The translations under genes and the position numbers were made by a program. The notes below the pieces were generated by a model. The model did no database searches, was not told the DNA's origin, and worked only from the letters and a program-made list of their open reading frames with translations. Below are positions 1-9,330 of a stretch of 64,000 bases of DNA, one piece after another. Location: positions 124,001 through 188,000 of IMG/VR virus record IMGVR_UViG_3300005613_000002; one strand, given 5' to 3'. The first letter of the stretch is position 1, and the number at the start of each line of letters is the position of its first letter.

Positions 1-122
1 AGTCGCATATATAAATTATGTAATAATATTTTAAATTTCGAAGATTATAGATTTTCATATAATCAAGTAAAAGCTGAAACAAAAGTAAGTGATTGGATAA
101 TTGAAGAAATTAAATAAAAACA

Positions 123-521
123 ATGAAATATAATTTATTCTTAGATGATGTTAGAAACCCGATTGATTGTGTATACTACATGTATACACCAATATATACT
201 AGTGTTGACTGGGTGATAGTTAGAGATTATAATTCTTTTATTAAAATAATTAAAGAAAATGGTTTACCTGAAATAATCTCCTTCGATCATGATTTATCTG
301 ATGAACATTATGACCCAAAAATGTATCATGAATCATATGATGAATTATATGATTCATTTAAAGAAAAAACTGGTTACGAATGTGCTAAATGGTTGGTAGA
401 TTATTGTATTGATAATAATGAATTTCTACCAAAAAAAATATTAGTACATTCAATGAATCCTATTGGTAGACGAAATATTGAGTCTTATTTCGAATCATAT
501 AATAAATCATTAAAATTATAG
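123..521 (+). CDS. Cyclic-phosphate processing receiver-like domain protein
   Basis: N-terminal LFLDDVR, SFDHDL, TGYECAKWL and VHSMNPIG motifs typical of this phage family linked to RNA repair. Confidence 0.7.
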   Translation: MKYNLFLDDVRNPIDCVYYMYTPIYTSVDWVIVRDYNSFIKIIKENGLPEIISFDHDLSDEHYDPKMYHESYDELYDSFKEKTGYECAKWLVDYCIDNNEFLPKKILVHSMNPIGRRNIESYFESYNKSLKL

Positions 522-590
522 TTTAATAATTATTTTATTAAGTTCTTAATTTTTATATTTTCTTTTGTATTTATTTAAAAACACAATATT

Positions 591-2012
591 ATGAAACATA
601 CAAGAGAAGCAATAGGAGTAACATATGATGAATTAACAACTTTAATTGGGTCTGCTAGTTTAACTGTAGGACAAACATATAAAATTACTGATTATCAAAC
701 TGTTCATTATTTAATTGATGGTGATGGTGGTGATGTGGTTTTAGAAGGTGGAACAGGTGATACTGTCGTTCATACAGGAAATACTGAGGCATTAGTTGTA
801 ACAGCACTTACTGGTGAAGAATTATCACCAATTGCATATAGTGAAGAATATCTATATGATATTATTCATTATGATTGGAATCCTAATAATTGGTTGTTTG
901 ACTTAGGTTTTAGTGCTTATGATGAAGCAGTAGTAACAGGATTTAAAGGTGTTATTTATTATAGAGAAGACACACAAAATAATAATATTTTCGGATATGA
1001 TTTCCGTAATGTAATGAATCGTAGATGGGTATTGGATTATGGAGAATGGACAGGTACAACAACATATAATTTTGCTGATAAGGTTCAAGTAGAAGGTGAT
1101 GGTCTTTATATGTCAACAAAAAATAATAACACAGACAATGCAGTTAGTGCTACAACATATTGGGATAAAATTGTTGATTATTCTAATTATTCATATTGGT
1201 GTTTAAATTCTGGTGATGCACAAGATATTGAAGATTATATTGATTCATTAACATTTAATGATAGTGAAGGTTCTTATGAGGATATTGTGAAAAATAATAT
1301 ATTCACTACAAATAAAGACAATACAGACATAGGAATGAGTCCAACTAATTCTATTTTGGATAATAATGTGTTTTATTTATTAGATGATGGAGCATTTAAT
1401 TTATCAGGTAATAAGTTTGGTGTTTATTTTCAATGTAACACTATTGATGGGAATTATTTCAATAATAACTCATTAGGTAATAATTGTAGTTCAAACACTA
1501 TAAGTCGTAATTTTGAGAATAATAAAATTGAAAATTCATTTAATGGTAATTTTATTGGTTATTCTTTTGATTCTAACATTATAGGAAATTATTTTCAAAC
1601 TAACACAATTGGAAGTGGTTTTGGTAAAAATTTAATTGGGAATTATTACCAAAATAATATAATTTCTGATGGTTTCATAAGTAATATAATTGGAAATTAC
1701 TTTTCAGGAAATGATGCAATTGGAAGTGATTTTGCTGAAAACTCAATTGGTAGTGATTTTCAAAGTGTTGAAGTTGGGACTGGATTTACTAATAACACAA
1801 TAGCAAATAGTTTTAAAAGTTCTTTTACTGTTGATGATTTCCATAATAATACAATAAAAGATGATGTTACTAGCATTAATTTTGCTTCAATGACACATGC
1901 TTATGAGGATTATAATTGTGAAGTGTTTTTAACTGCTAATGATGATTATAGATTATCATATTTTAATGCAAGTGATGTGCTTACTATTGTAGCTACAACA
2001 GGAATGAAATAA
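591..2012 (+). CDS. Beta-helix repeat protein, possibly a virion or tail-associated protein
   Basis: 473 aa ORF with 9-aa N-x-I-G-N-x-F repeats in the C-terminal half; GTATTTAT motif upstream. Confidence 0.5.
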   Translation: MKHTREAIGVTYDELTTLIGSASLTVGQTYKITDYQTVHYLIDGDGGDVVLEGGTGDTVVHTGNTEALVVTALTGEELSPIAYSEEYLYDIIHYDWNPNNWLFDLGFSAYDEAVVTGFKGVIYYREDTQNNNIFGYDFRNVMNRRWVLDYGEWTGTTTYNFADKVQVEGDGLYMSTKNNNTDNAVSATTYWDKIVDYSNYSYWCLNSGDAQDIEDYIDSLTFNDSEGSYEDIVKNNIFTTNKDNTDIGMSPTNSILDNNVFYLLDDGAFNLSGNKFGVYFQCNTIDGNYFNNNSLGNNCSSNTISRNFENNKIENSFNGNFIGYSFDSNIIGNYFQTNTIGSGFGKNLIGNYYQNNIISDGFISNIIGNYFSGNDAIGSDFAENSIGSDFQSVEVGTGFTNNTIANSFKSSFTVDDFHNNTIKDDVTSINFASMTHAYEDYNCEVFLTANDDYRLSYFNASDVLTIVATTGMK

Positions 2013-2035
2013 TATTAATAGAAAAATAAAATTTT

Positions 2036-2536
2036 ATGAAATCAATAATTGACTTAGATAAAAGAAAAGTTCTTGTAATTGCAAGAGCAACTGCTAAACG
2101 TTCAAATATTGCATTACCAACAAAAGATAATATAGTTGAAGACGAGGGAGTTTATTATATTGATCTTAATATAAGTGATTCTGAACAACTAAATTTACCT
2201 ATTGGTTTAGAAAAAAATGTTTGTGATGCTGATAATAAAGATGATATTTTAGCTGAACTAAAAAAAGAATTAAAAGCTATAGAAAATTTTAATTTAAGTG
2301 AAAGTGAAAAAAATACTGTAACTAAAGTTAAATCGGTTAAAAAAAAAACTAAAAGGACTAGAAAGTTTGTAATTAAAACAGCATCAAATGATGAACCATA
2401 TTTTTCATTGGTTGCATCAAATGGTCAAGTCTTAATGACATCTGAAACGTACAGTACTAAACAACAAATGCAAAATACATTAAACACTTTAATAGGTAAA
2501 CAAATGCCAACAAAAGTTATTAATGAATTAGAATAA
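2036..2536 (+). CDS. Protein with C-terminal YegP/DUF1508-like domain
   Basis: FVIKTASNDEPYFSLVASNGQVLMTSETY matches the YegP pattern. Confidence 0.65.
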   Translation: MKSIIDLDKRKVLVIARATAKRSNIALPTKDNIVEDEGVYYIDLNISDSEQLNLPIGLEKNVCDADNKDDILAELKKELKAIENFNLSESEKNTVTKVKSVKKKTKRTRKFVIKTASNDEPYFSLVASNGQVLMTSETYSTKQQMQNTLNTLIGKQMPTKVINELE

Positions 2537-2556
2537 TGAAAATAATTTAAAAAAAG

Positions 2557-2599
2557 TTTGCATTTAATGTAACATTTTATACCTTTGTACCGTATTTAG
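2557..2599 (+). promoter_or_regulatory. Composite promoter of tRNA operon 1 (Bacteroidetes TTTG-N19-TAnnTTTG overlapping TGTAAC-N17-CGTA)
   Basis: TTTG 2557-2560, TACCTTTG 2580-2587, TGTAAC 2568-2573, CGTA 2591-2594; near-identical to 22438-22480. Confidence 0.65.
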
Positions 2600-2649
2600 A
2601 TTAAAGCACTATAAAAATGTGCAATTAAAAATTAATGATAAAAATAAAA

Positions 2650-2766
2650 ATGATGAAAAACTTGATGAACATATTAGCAATTGTAGTGATGTTGGATGCT
2701 GTCCTATTATGGGATGATGCGGAAGAATTATGTAATGTCGGGTTTAAATCTAAAACAGGTGTATAA
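2650..2766 (+). CDS. Leader peptide 1 (MMKNLMNILAIVVMLDAVLLWDDAEELCNVGFKSKTGV), putative attenuator
   Basis: 38-codon ORF between promoter and terminator; contains TCGGGTTT (2738-2745), complementary to the terminator 5' arm. Confidence 0.8.
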   Translation: MMKNLMNILAIVVMLDAVLLWDDAEELCNVGFKSKTGV

Positions 2767-2786
2767 ATAATACCTATAAGATAAAT

Positions 2787-2821
2787 AAAAAACCCGATTT
2801 AGAAATGAATCGGGTTTTTTT
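2787..2821 (+). terminator. Attenuator terminator 1
   Basis: AAAAAACCCGATT / AATCGGGTTTTTTT hairpin with U-tract. Confidence 0.85.
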
Positions 2822-2859
2822 GTGTTTAAAATTGTTGTTCTTTGAAATGTTGGGAATTT

Positions 2860-2936
2860 AGTGCGTTAGTTCAGTTGGTTAGAATATCGGTCTGTCACAC
2901 CGAAGGTCGTGGGTTCGAGTCCCATACGCACTGCCA
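2860..2936 (+). tRNA. tRNA-Asp(GTC)
   Basis: Cloverleaf, anticodon loop CT-GTC-AC, encoded CCA. Confidence 0.9.
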
Positions 2937-2950
2937 AAGGTTAGTAATAT

Positions 2951-3049
2951 TGACGATTAACCATCTGATGTATGATGTTTCCTTAATGAAATTGAAAGGT
3001 GGACGCTCTTGTGGTGAGAAGTGGTCTCTATGATAAAGTAATTGAAAAC
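2951..3049 (+). repeat. ~100-nt repeat copy 1 (putative ncRNA)
   Basis: Near-identical to 3450-3548. Confidence 0.8.
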
Positions 3050-3056
3050 AAATTAT

Positions 3057-3128
3057 CGACTGCGTAGTATAATGGCTAGTATGTCGCACTGTCTATGCGA
3101 AGGAGGGGTTCGAATCCCACGTGGTCGG
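3057..3128 (+). tRNA. tRNA-Asp(GTC), possible 8/4 fold
   Basis: TCGCA-CT-GTC-TA-TGCGA arm, GGTTCGAATCC T arm. Confidence 0.8.
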
Positions 3129-3360
3129 CTGGAGGTCGTTTTTTGTACCTTTTACTGTTATTGCAGTAAAAAGTACTATATAATGGTACAATACTGTGAT
3201 TTTGATAGTATTTTACTGTTATTGCAGTAAAAATAACAAGATATAGTGCATTATAATGTGATTTGTCTGGATATTCCAGAAGTAAACGCATTATTTTACA
3301 CAAATATTGATTAAAGGTGCAAGATAATGCACTTTACGTCTGGAGATTCCAGATAATAAT

Positions 3361-3431
3361 GGCGCATTCGTCTAGTGGCAGGACATAAGACCTTCAATCT
3401 TATCGCAGGGGTTCGATTCCCCTATGCGCTA
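3361..3431 (+). tRNA. tRNA-Glu(TTC)
   Basis: TAAGA-CC-TTC-AA-TCTTA anticodon arm. Confidence 0.85.
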
Positions 3432-3449
3432 CTAGAGGTTAGCAGCAAT

Positions 3450-3548
3450 GACGATTAACCATCTGATTTGTGAGGTTTCCTTGATGAAATTGAAAGGTGG
3501 ACGCTCTTGTGGTGAGAAGTGGTCTCCATGATTGAGTAATTGAAAACA
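3450..3548 (+). repeat. ~100-nt repeat copy 2 (putative ncRNA)
   Basis: Near-identical to 2951-3049. Confidence 0.8.
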
Positions 3549-3553
3549 TAAAT

Positions 3554-3628
3554 GGCACGGTAGACCAATTGGCAGAGTCATCAGATTTAAATCCTGTAAT
3601 AGTGTGGGTTCGATTCCCATTCGTGCTA
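3554..3628 (+). tRNA. tRNA-Leu(TAA), short variable loop
   Basis: Cloverleaf, loop TT-TAA-AT; lacks the long variable arm. Confidence 0.7.
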
Positions 3629-3630
3629 CG

Positions 3631-3716
3631 ATTAAATTGCAATTAATTCTTAACAGGTTCGATTCCTGCTCGTCATGATTAATTACTTGATGGGATGGTG
3701 TAATGTGGTATAACAC
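3631..3716 (+). ncRNA. Circularly permuted tRNA-like element
   Basis: Order is anticodon arm, T arm (CAGG-TTCGATT-CCTG), 3' acceptor CTCGTCA, linker, 5' acceptor TGATGGG, D arm GTGT..ACAC. Confidence 0.5.
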
Positions 3717-3721
3717 AAAAT

Positions 3722-3793
3722 GTTCGGGTCTTCTAACGGCTAGGAAGCAGGGTTTTCATCCCTGTAATCGGGGTTCGATTCCCCGTCCGAATA
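3722..3793 (+). tRNA. tRNA-Glu(TTC)
   Basis: CAGGG-TT-TTC-AT-CCCTG arm. Confidence 0.9.
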
Positions 3794-3969
3794 CAAAGTA
3801 GATTAATAATCTGTCGTAGGTTCTACATGGGTGCGCACCCTACTACGACACCATTTTACCAATTAATTTAGGTGATTAACCTAATAAAATAATACATTAA
3901 CTATTATTTAATATTTAAAATAGGTTTTATAACATGTTTTACCCTATTTATCATTTCAAATTAAATTAT

Positions 3970-4143
3970 ATGAAAAAAATGAAAAGAATTTTAATAGGAA
4001 TTTTACTTACATTAATTGTTATTATGTGTATGGGAATGTTTATAACTTCAATTAATAATTATGAAAATGATGATTCATTAATTGAGATAGAAAAACCTTT
4101 AATGGTTGAAGATTGGATGTTAGATGAAAACTACTTTAATTAA
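3970..4143 (+). CDS. Small protein with N-terminal signal or TM segment
   Basis: MKKMKRILIGILLTLIVIM hydrophobic N-terminus. Confidence 0.5.
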   Translation: MKKMKRILIGILLTLIVIMCMGMFITSINNYENDDSLIEIEKPLMVEDWMLDENYFN

Positions 4144-4247
4144 ATTAGTAGTTTTGGGATTCAATTTCATACGAAGACAAAATGTGGATTATTTTCCACT
4201 TTGTTAAATATTTTCAACAAAGTTTGAGTATTTATAATAAAAAGAAA

Positions 4248-4775
4248 ATGAAAAAATGTTTAATTTATGGTTTATATTGTCCTTTTTTAGATGAACCACA
4301 TTATATTGGGAAAAGTAGTACATCAATGGTTAGACCATTATCACATTTAAATAAATCACATTCTAATGAAATAAATGAATGGGTGAGACAATTAAAATTT
4401 TTAGGTTATAAACCAATTATTAAAATTCTTGAAGAATGTAATATTAATAATGTTGATGAAAAAGAATTATTTTGGATTAAAAAAATATCTAATAATGGTT
4501 ATTATTTATTAAATAAATCACATAATAAAATTGATTTTATTTTAAATAAAAAGGAATATAAATTCAATGATGACGATATTTTAAATGTTGCGGATATGAT
4601 TAAACAAAAAAGAAAAGAATTAAATTACACTCAACTAGATGTCTCAAATTTATGTGGAATCAATAGAAGTACATATATTGAAATTGAAAAAGGCAGTAAA
4701 AAAACTACGTATGGTAATTTAAAAAAAGTTTTAAATGTTTTAGGTTATAAAATAAAAATTGAAAAAAATGAATAG
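4248..4775 (+). CDS. GIY-YIG endonuclease fused to an XRE HTH domain
   Basis: LIYGL..YIGKS..R motif; C-terminal KQKRKELNYTQLDVSNLCGINRSTYIEIEKG; start refined to the ATG after GTATTTAT. Confidence 0.75.
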   Translation: MKKCLIYGLYCPFLDEPHYIGKSSTSMVRPLSHLNKSHSNEINEWVRQLKFLGYKPIIKILEECNINNVDEKELFWIKKISNNGYYLLNKSHNKIDFILNKKEYKFNDDDILNVADMIKQKRKELNYTQLDVSNLCGINRSTYIEIEKGSKKTTYGNLKKVLNVLGYKIKIEKNE

Positions 4776-5073
4776 AATAATTTTATTACCTAAAATTATT
4801 TCTAAATTAGAAATAATGGGTGAAAATATTAAATTAGCAAGATTACGAAGAAAGTTATCTGTTGAACAAGTTTGTGAAAGAGCAAACATATTAAATGAAA
4901 CATTAGTTAATATAGAAAATGGTTCTCCAAATGTTTTATTTGGTCATTATGTTTCAGTGCTTATTACACTTAATCTTGTTAATGATATATATAATATTGC
5001 TAATGATGATATATTAGGTAGAAAATTACAAGATATTGAATTATTAAATAATTCCAAAAATTCACCAAATTAG
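4768..5073 (+). CDS. XRE-family HTH protein (HipB-like)
   Basis: GENIKLARLRRKLSVEQVCERA...DDILGRKLQD resembles HipA-associated XRE regulators. Confidence 0.7.
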   Translation: MNRIILLPKIISKLEIMGENIKLARLRRKLSVEQVCERANILNETLVNIENGSPNVLFGHYVSVLITLNLVNDIYNIANDDILGRKLQDIELLNNSKNSPN

Positions 5074-5093
5074 GAGATTTCTGGCAAATTTTT

Positions 5094-5167
5094 GCTCCCT
5101 TAATTCAGTGGTTCAGAAATCCTGTTTTACAAGCAGGAAGTCGCTGGTTCGAATCCAGCAGGGAGCA
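5094..5167 (+). tRNA. tRNA-Val(TAC)
   Basis: CCTGT-TT-TAC-AA-GCAGG arm. Confidence 0.9.
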
Positions 5168-5416
5168 CAATTATTGGTAAATAAACCGATAAAGTATATT
5201 TATTGGTAAATAAACCGATAAACATCATCATTGATTCATAGGATTTAGTATATTTGTTATATGAATATAGGGATTCCATATGAATTAATTAAAATCTACA
5301 ATAATGATGGTATTGACTTGATGATATATCAACCAATAAGATTTATAGATTCATTTGATTATAGTTATCATCATGATTTTTATACTGTTGATAGATTTAT
5401 TTATCGAGCATTTTAA

Positions 5417-5497
5417 CCTCAAGTGGTGGAACAGGTAGACACGTATGCCTAAGAAGCATATGCCATTGGCGTGTGGGTTCGACTCCCACCTTGAGGA
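5417..5497 (+). tRNA. tRNA-Leu(AAG)
   Basis: TATGC-CT-AAG-AA-GCATA arm; Leu-type D loop and long variable arm. Confidence 0.8.
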
Positions 5498-5503
5498 CAA
5501 TAT

Positions 5504-5584
5504 GCGGAAGTGACATTAAAGCGAATGGTAGAGTGACTAGCCTTAGAAGCTAGGGTTTTGTGGGTTCGACTCCCACCTTCCGTA
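5504..5584 (+). tRNA. tRNA-Leu(TAG), short variable loop
   Basis: CTAGC-CT-TAG-AA-GCTAG arm; enlarged D loop. Confidence 0.75.
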
Positions 5585-5602
5585 CAAAAATTAATAAAAA
5601 AT

Positions 5603-5628
5603 TGTAACAATTTAAATATATTTACGTA
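5603..5628 (+). promoter_or_regulatory. ECF-type promoter TGTAAC-N16-CGTA
   Basis: One of 12 copies in the window. Confidence 0.65.
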
Positions 5629-5751
5629 TATTTAAAAAAATTGTCGAAATGCGAGTGAATGTTATTTTTCTTATTTAGCTATATAGATAAATAAATAGTA
5701 CCAGCAGTAGCCATTGATGTACAGGTGGTGTGTAGTAAAGTAAACAATTAT

Positions 5752-5825
5752 GGGGCAGTAGCTTAGATGGATAAAGCATCTGATTTGCATTCAGAAGACC
5801 GTGGGTTCGAGTCCCATCTGCTCCA
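5752..5825 (+). tRNA. tRNA-Ala(TGC)
   Basis: TCTGA-TT-TGC-AT-TCAGA arm; G3:U70. Confidence 0.9.
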
Positions 5826-5983
5826 CAAAAAGAGGATTACTAGGATAAGCTATGGCAGTGACCTTATTGTAATGAGTAAAAAACATAAGGTAGTTACCCT
5901 TAATATCCTTCCTCTTTTACCTAATTATCATCGGAAGGTGATATTCGCATCAGAATAAAGTTCGAACATAAAACTGATGTGTT

Positions 5984-6056
5984 TCCGACATAGCGCAGTT
6001 GGTTAGCGTACTCCCGTTAGAGGGAGGGGTCACTGGTTCGAGTCCAGTTGTCGGTA
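5984..6056 (+). tRNA. Atypical tRNA with 6-nt anticodon loop (GTTAGA), identity uncertain
   Basis: Good acceptor, D and T arms; CTCCC/GGGAG stem closes only 6 nt. Confidence 0.6.
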
Positions 6057-6171
6057 CAGGAGGGGTAGTTTATAAGGATTCCTATTGATACGGATGAAAA
6101 CTCAACATGGTGACGTTAGTAGAATGAATGAAACCAGTAGTAAATCTACATACGCTATAAAACTAACAAAT

Positions 6172-6243
6172 GGGGCATTAGCTCAGTGGCTAGAGTACTA
6201 CGCTTGCACCGTAGAGACAAGAGTTCGATTCTCTTATGCTCCA
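6172..6243 (+). tRNA. tRNA-Ala(TGC)
   Basis: CTACG-CT-TGC-AC-CGTAG arm; G3:U70. Confidence 0.9.
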
Positions 6244-6382
6244 CTAATCCATGAAATAAGGCAGGTAATATGAAATCCTGTGATAATAGGGTAACGTGTC
6301 TGTCAATGTTGAGAGATAAAACAGGTATTCCCTGTCACGTCCTATTATCGATTACATAAGTATTTATGTTAAATATAAATTT

Positions 6383-6865
6383 ATGGATTATTTACTTATT
6401 TTATTTATCATTTTAGTTACTATTTTTGTAACATATATTTCAACAATTATTTTAAAGTATGGTGTATTACCATCAGTTTCTGATAGTTATTATCATTTAC
6501 CCAAAAAATATAATTTTTTATTTACATTATTTTGTTGGAGTTTCGCTATACCTACATTAATTATTGGTGTTGAATTAACTGATAATTTTTTAATGTTTCT
6601 TGCTGGTGCTGGTATTTGTTTTGTAGGTGCTGCTGCACAATTTAAAGAAGAATTAACAAAACAAGTACATACATATAGTGCATGGGTTGGTGTAATAAGT
6701 AGTCAATTATCAATTATATTTGATTTTAAAATGTATTATGTATCAATACTTTTTTTATTACCATCATTATTATTAATGATATTAAAACCAAAAAATTATA
6801 CATTTTGGATTGAAATAATTGCATTTTCATTAATTTGTTATGTTTTAGGTGTTAATATATTATAA
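6383..6865 (+). CDS. Multi-pass membrane protein
   Basis: About five hydrophobic segments; SVSDSYY motif. Confidence 0.6.
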   Translation: MDYLLILFIILVTIFVTYISTIILKYGVLPSVSDSYYHLPKKYNFLFTLFCWSFAIPTLIIGVELTDNFLMFLAGAGICFVGAAAQFKEELTKQVHTYSAWVGVISSQLSIIFDFKMYYVSILFLLPSLLLMILKPKNYTFWIEIIAFSLICYVLGVNIL

Positions 6866-6866
6866 T

Positions 6867-6949
6867 ACGCAAGTTGCCGAGTGGTTAAAGGCGATGGTCT
6901 CCAAAACCATTCTCGAAAGAGTTCGTGGGTTCGAATCCTACCTTGCGTG
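6867..6949 (+). tRNA. tRNA-Trp(CCA) with long variable arm
   Basis: ATGGT-CT-CCA-AA-ACCAT arm; CTC-GAAA-GAG variable arm; G73. Confidence 0.8.
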
Positions 6950-7050
6950 CAAAAATTACCTGATATTACCAGATAGAAATAACTAACTGTTTAATATCAG
7001 GTAGTTACCATTTATTCTATTGCCAGATATTGCCAGATAGTAGAATTATT

Positions 7051-7076
7051 TGTAACATTTATTTGTTTTATGCGTA
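7051..7076 (+). promoter_or_regulatory. ECF-type promoter TGTAAC-N16-CGTA
   Basis: Motif copy upstream of the 7106 ORF. Confidence 0.65.
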
Positions 7077-7105
7077 TATTATAGTAAATTTGAAAAAAAT
7101 TAAAC

Positions 7106-7834
7106 ATGTATATTATTTCGAAAAATAAAGACTATTATGATGGTGTTGCTGGCTCAACAGGAATTGATAAAACAATTGTTTATGAGAGATATCCTGTTGA
7201 AATTGATAATCAAATCAAAATGCCTAAAATATTTCATCATAAAAATACTTGGCAATATAGATATGATAATCAATTTTTAAATATTAGATATTCTGAACTT
7301 GATTCGAAGAAATCGAAAAAATATAATAATGTACATAGTTTTATTGTTGGATTTTGTGGAAAACTTTATTTAGGTTGGAAATTTCATTATACAGTAAAAG
7401 CTGATAGATTAGGTTTGGAGAAAATTAAAACTGATATTGTTTATGGTTATGATAATGCGAAAAAATATCTTAGAGAAAAACACTGGAAACATAATTTAGA
7501 AGATGATGTTAACTTCATTAAAAGTTATGACCCAATTAATATTTTTAGAGAAATTAATGCCCCTGTTTTCATTTATGATAATGAATCAAATTTAAATTTT
7601 AGTAATAATGGACAGTTACTTAATTATGGATTATTAATAATTAATCCATTATTAAAAGACTATGAATTTTATAAAGTAGTAGATACTTTTCAAGCATTTC
7701 AAGAAATTCAAATGTTTTTGGGCGGTGTGTTAGGTAGAGGTGAAAAAGAGATTATTCAAGTAGCTGATAAATATAAAATTGAACAACACGGTTTTGATAA
7801 ATGGAGTTTTAGAAAAGAACCAAAAAGCAAATAA
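7106..7834 (+). CDS. Hypothetical phage protein
   Basis: 242 aa ORF; KDYYDG, VGFCGK and HGFDK motifs. Confidence 0.6.
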   Translation: MYIISKNKDYYDGVAGSTGIDKTIVYERYPVEIDNQIKMPKIFHHKNTWQYRYDNQFLNIRYSELDSKKSKKYNNVHSFIVGFCGKLYLGWKFHYTVKADRLGLEKIKTDIVYGYDNAKKYLREKHWKHNLEDDVNFIKSYDPINIFREINAPVFIYDNESNLNFSNNGQLLNYGLLIINPLLKDYEFYKVVDTFQAFQEIQMFLGGVLGRGEKEIIQVADKYKIEQHGFDKWSFRKEPKSK

Positions 7835-8006
7835 AATGGAAATATTAATCAAATTAGATGAAGTATTGGAAAAATGTAATGATTGGGAATCATTTTGTAA
7901 AAAAAGAGGTTATTCCGAATATTGTGTTAATGAAGGTGGTGGTGATATTGAAATATTTCTCTCAGAGAATGATGCAAAAGAATTTGGAATAATAAAAAAA
8001 TAAATT

Positions 8007-8366
8007 GGGGCAGCACGGTTTTGACAGCGTGTATGAGTGATAATGTAAGCAAGTAGTAGTTGAATTAATCTACTTTAAAAGGATTCAAAACTATAAATGT
8101 AGAAGACATTATGTCTATCCAAACTTCTGTAACAAGAGGTGAAAGCGTATTTGCAAGAAATACTGAACTTGCAATTGCAGCATAGGAAACAAGAAAACAG
8201 TAGAACCATCTGATGATGTTACGATTTGTGTGATTACGTTAACACCTTAGATGAAAAACTCCACAGCAATCATACTATTTTTGGAAGGTTAGAAAACTTT
8301 ATCCTAAACTTGTAGAAATCTTATTAATCACATGTTTGGACAGGGGTTCGATTCCCCTCTGCTCCA
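8007..8366 (+). ncRNA. ssrA: tmRNA
   Basis: 5' GGGGCAG..TTTGAC and 3' GGGGTTCGATTCCCCTCTGCTCCA tRNA-like domain; tag frame 8099-8185 ending ELAIAA-TAG. Confidence 0.9.
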
Positions 8367-8544
8367 CTAAAATAATTATTATGAGTAATAAAAAAATTAA
8401 TAACATTAAAGAAAGTCTTGAATATCTTAAAAAGAATAAAACAGTTTCAACAAAACAACTATTTGATGATATTGAGACTGAAACAATTTATGATTTAAAA
8501 GCAATGGGATATATTGGTTTTGGTAAAAATAAACATTAAGGTAT

Positions 8545-8629
8545 GCCGAAGTGGTGGAATTGGTAGACACGCCAGATTTAAGCTCTGGTGAGCATTATGC
8601 TCGTGTGGGTTCGAGTCCCATCTTCGGTA
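8545..8629 (+). tRNA. tRNA-Leu(TAA)
   Basis: CCAGA-TT-TAA-GC-TCTGG arm; long variable arm. Confidence 0.9.
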
Positions 8630-8905
8630 CAAAATTTAATAAAAATGAAAGCATACGGATTAAATAAAAAATTTAGGTTTAATTATCCAGATAATCATCC
8701 ACCAAAAGGATGGGTTAATTGGTGGGAAACAGAAATGGGTAGTGTTAATAAAGGGAGAGCCAGACAAGAAGCTAAACGTAATTTAAGAAAGGAGATTAAT
8801 GGTGAAAACGACTAAAAAAGATAATGATTGTGGTTGTGGTAAACCATTAAAAATTAATGACAAAAGAAAGAAGAAGTTTATTAAAAAGAAAAAGAGAAAA
8901 AATAT

Positions 8906-8986
8906 GCTCAAGTGATGTAACGGTAGCCATGCTTGTTTCAAAAGCAAGTGTCTAATGACGTGTGGGTTCGATTCCCACCTTGAGTA
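8906..8986 (+). tRNA. tRNA-Leu(CAA)
   Basis: CTTGT-TT-CAA-AA-GCAAG arm; long variable arm. Confidence 0.85.
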
Positions 8987-9330
8987 CAAATAATTGAAAA
9001 GATGAATAATGAAGAAATTGAACAATTAAAGAGAATGGTTGATAGTTATATTTATAATTTAACTAAAACACCAAATACAGCTAATCCTAAAGAAATTGAA
9101 CTTGCAAATTTAGTAAGAAATAAAATAAATCAGACTAATTTCAATAAAAAACCAGTTGAACAAAAACCTACTTGCACATATAGAAATCATTTTTCTGATA
9201 TTGAGGATTATGGTAGATGTAGAAAATGTAGGGCAGGATTTAGCTTTATATAATAATTAAAACTATTTATAAATGATGAAAACAAATAAAGAAAGGGTAT
9301 CAGTTTTCTAAGTATAAAAACTTAGAAAAT

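Noticed and set aside
3554-3628. Ochre suppressor (TTA) reading of the anticodon
   Set aside because: That register breaks the anticodon stem; TAA (Leu) pairs better.
2842-3716. ORF-track ORFs over tRNA cluster 1 (and similar ones at 5767, 6085, 13515, 13579, 27099, 33089)
   Set aside because: They overlap clear tRNA genes and read as translated tRNA sequence.
3150-5222. Short duplicated palindromes (TTTACTGTTATTGCAGTAAAA; TTATTGGTAAATAAACCGATAAA) as CRISPR arrays
   Set aside because: Only two copies each with no regular spacer period; more likely spacer hairpins.
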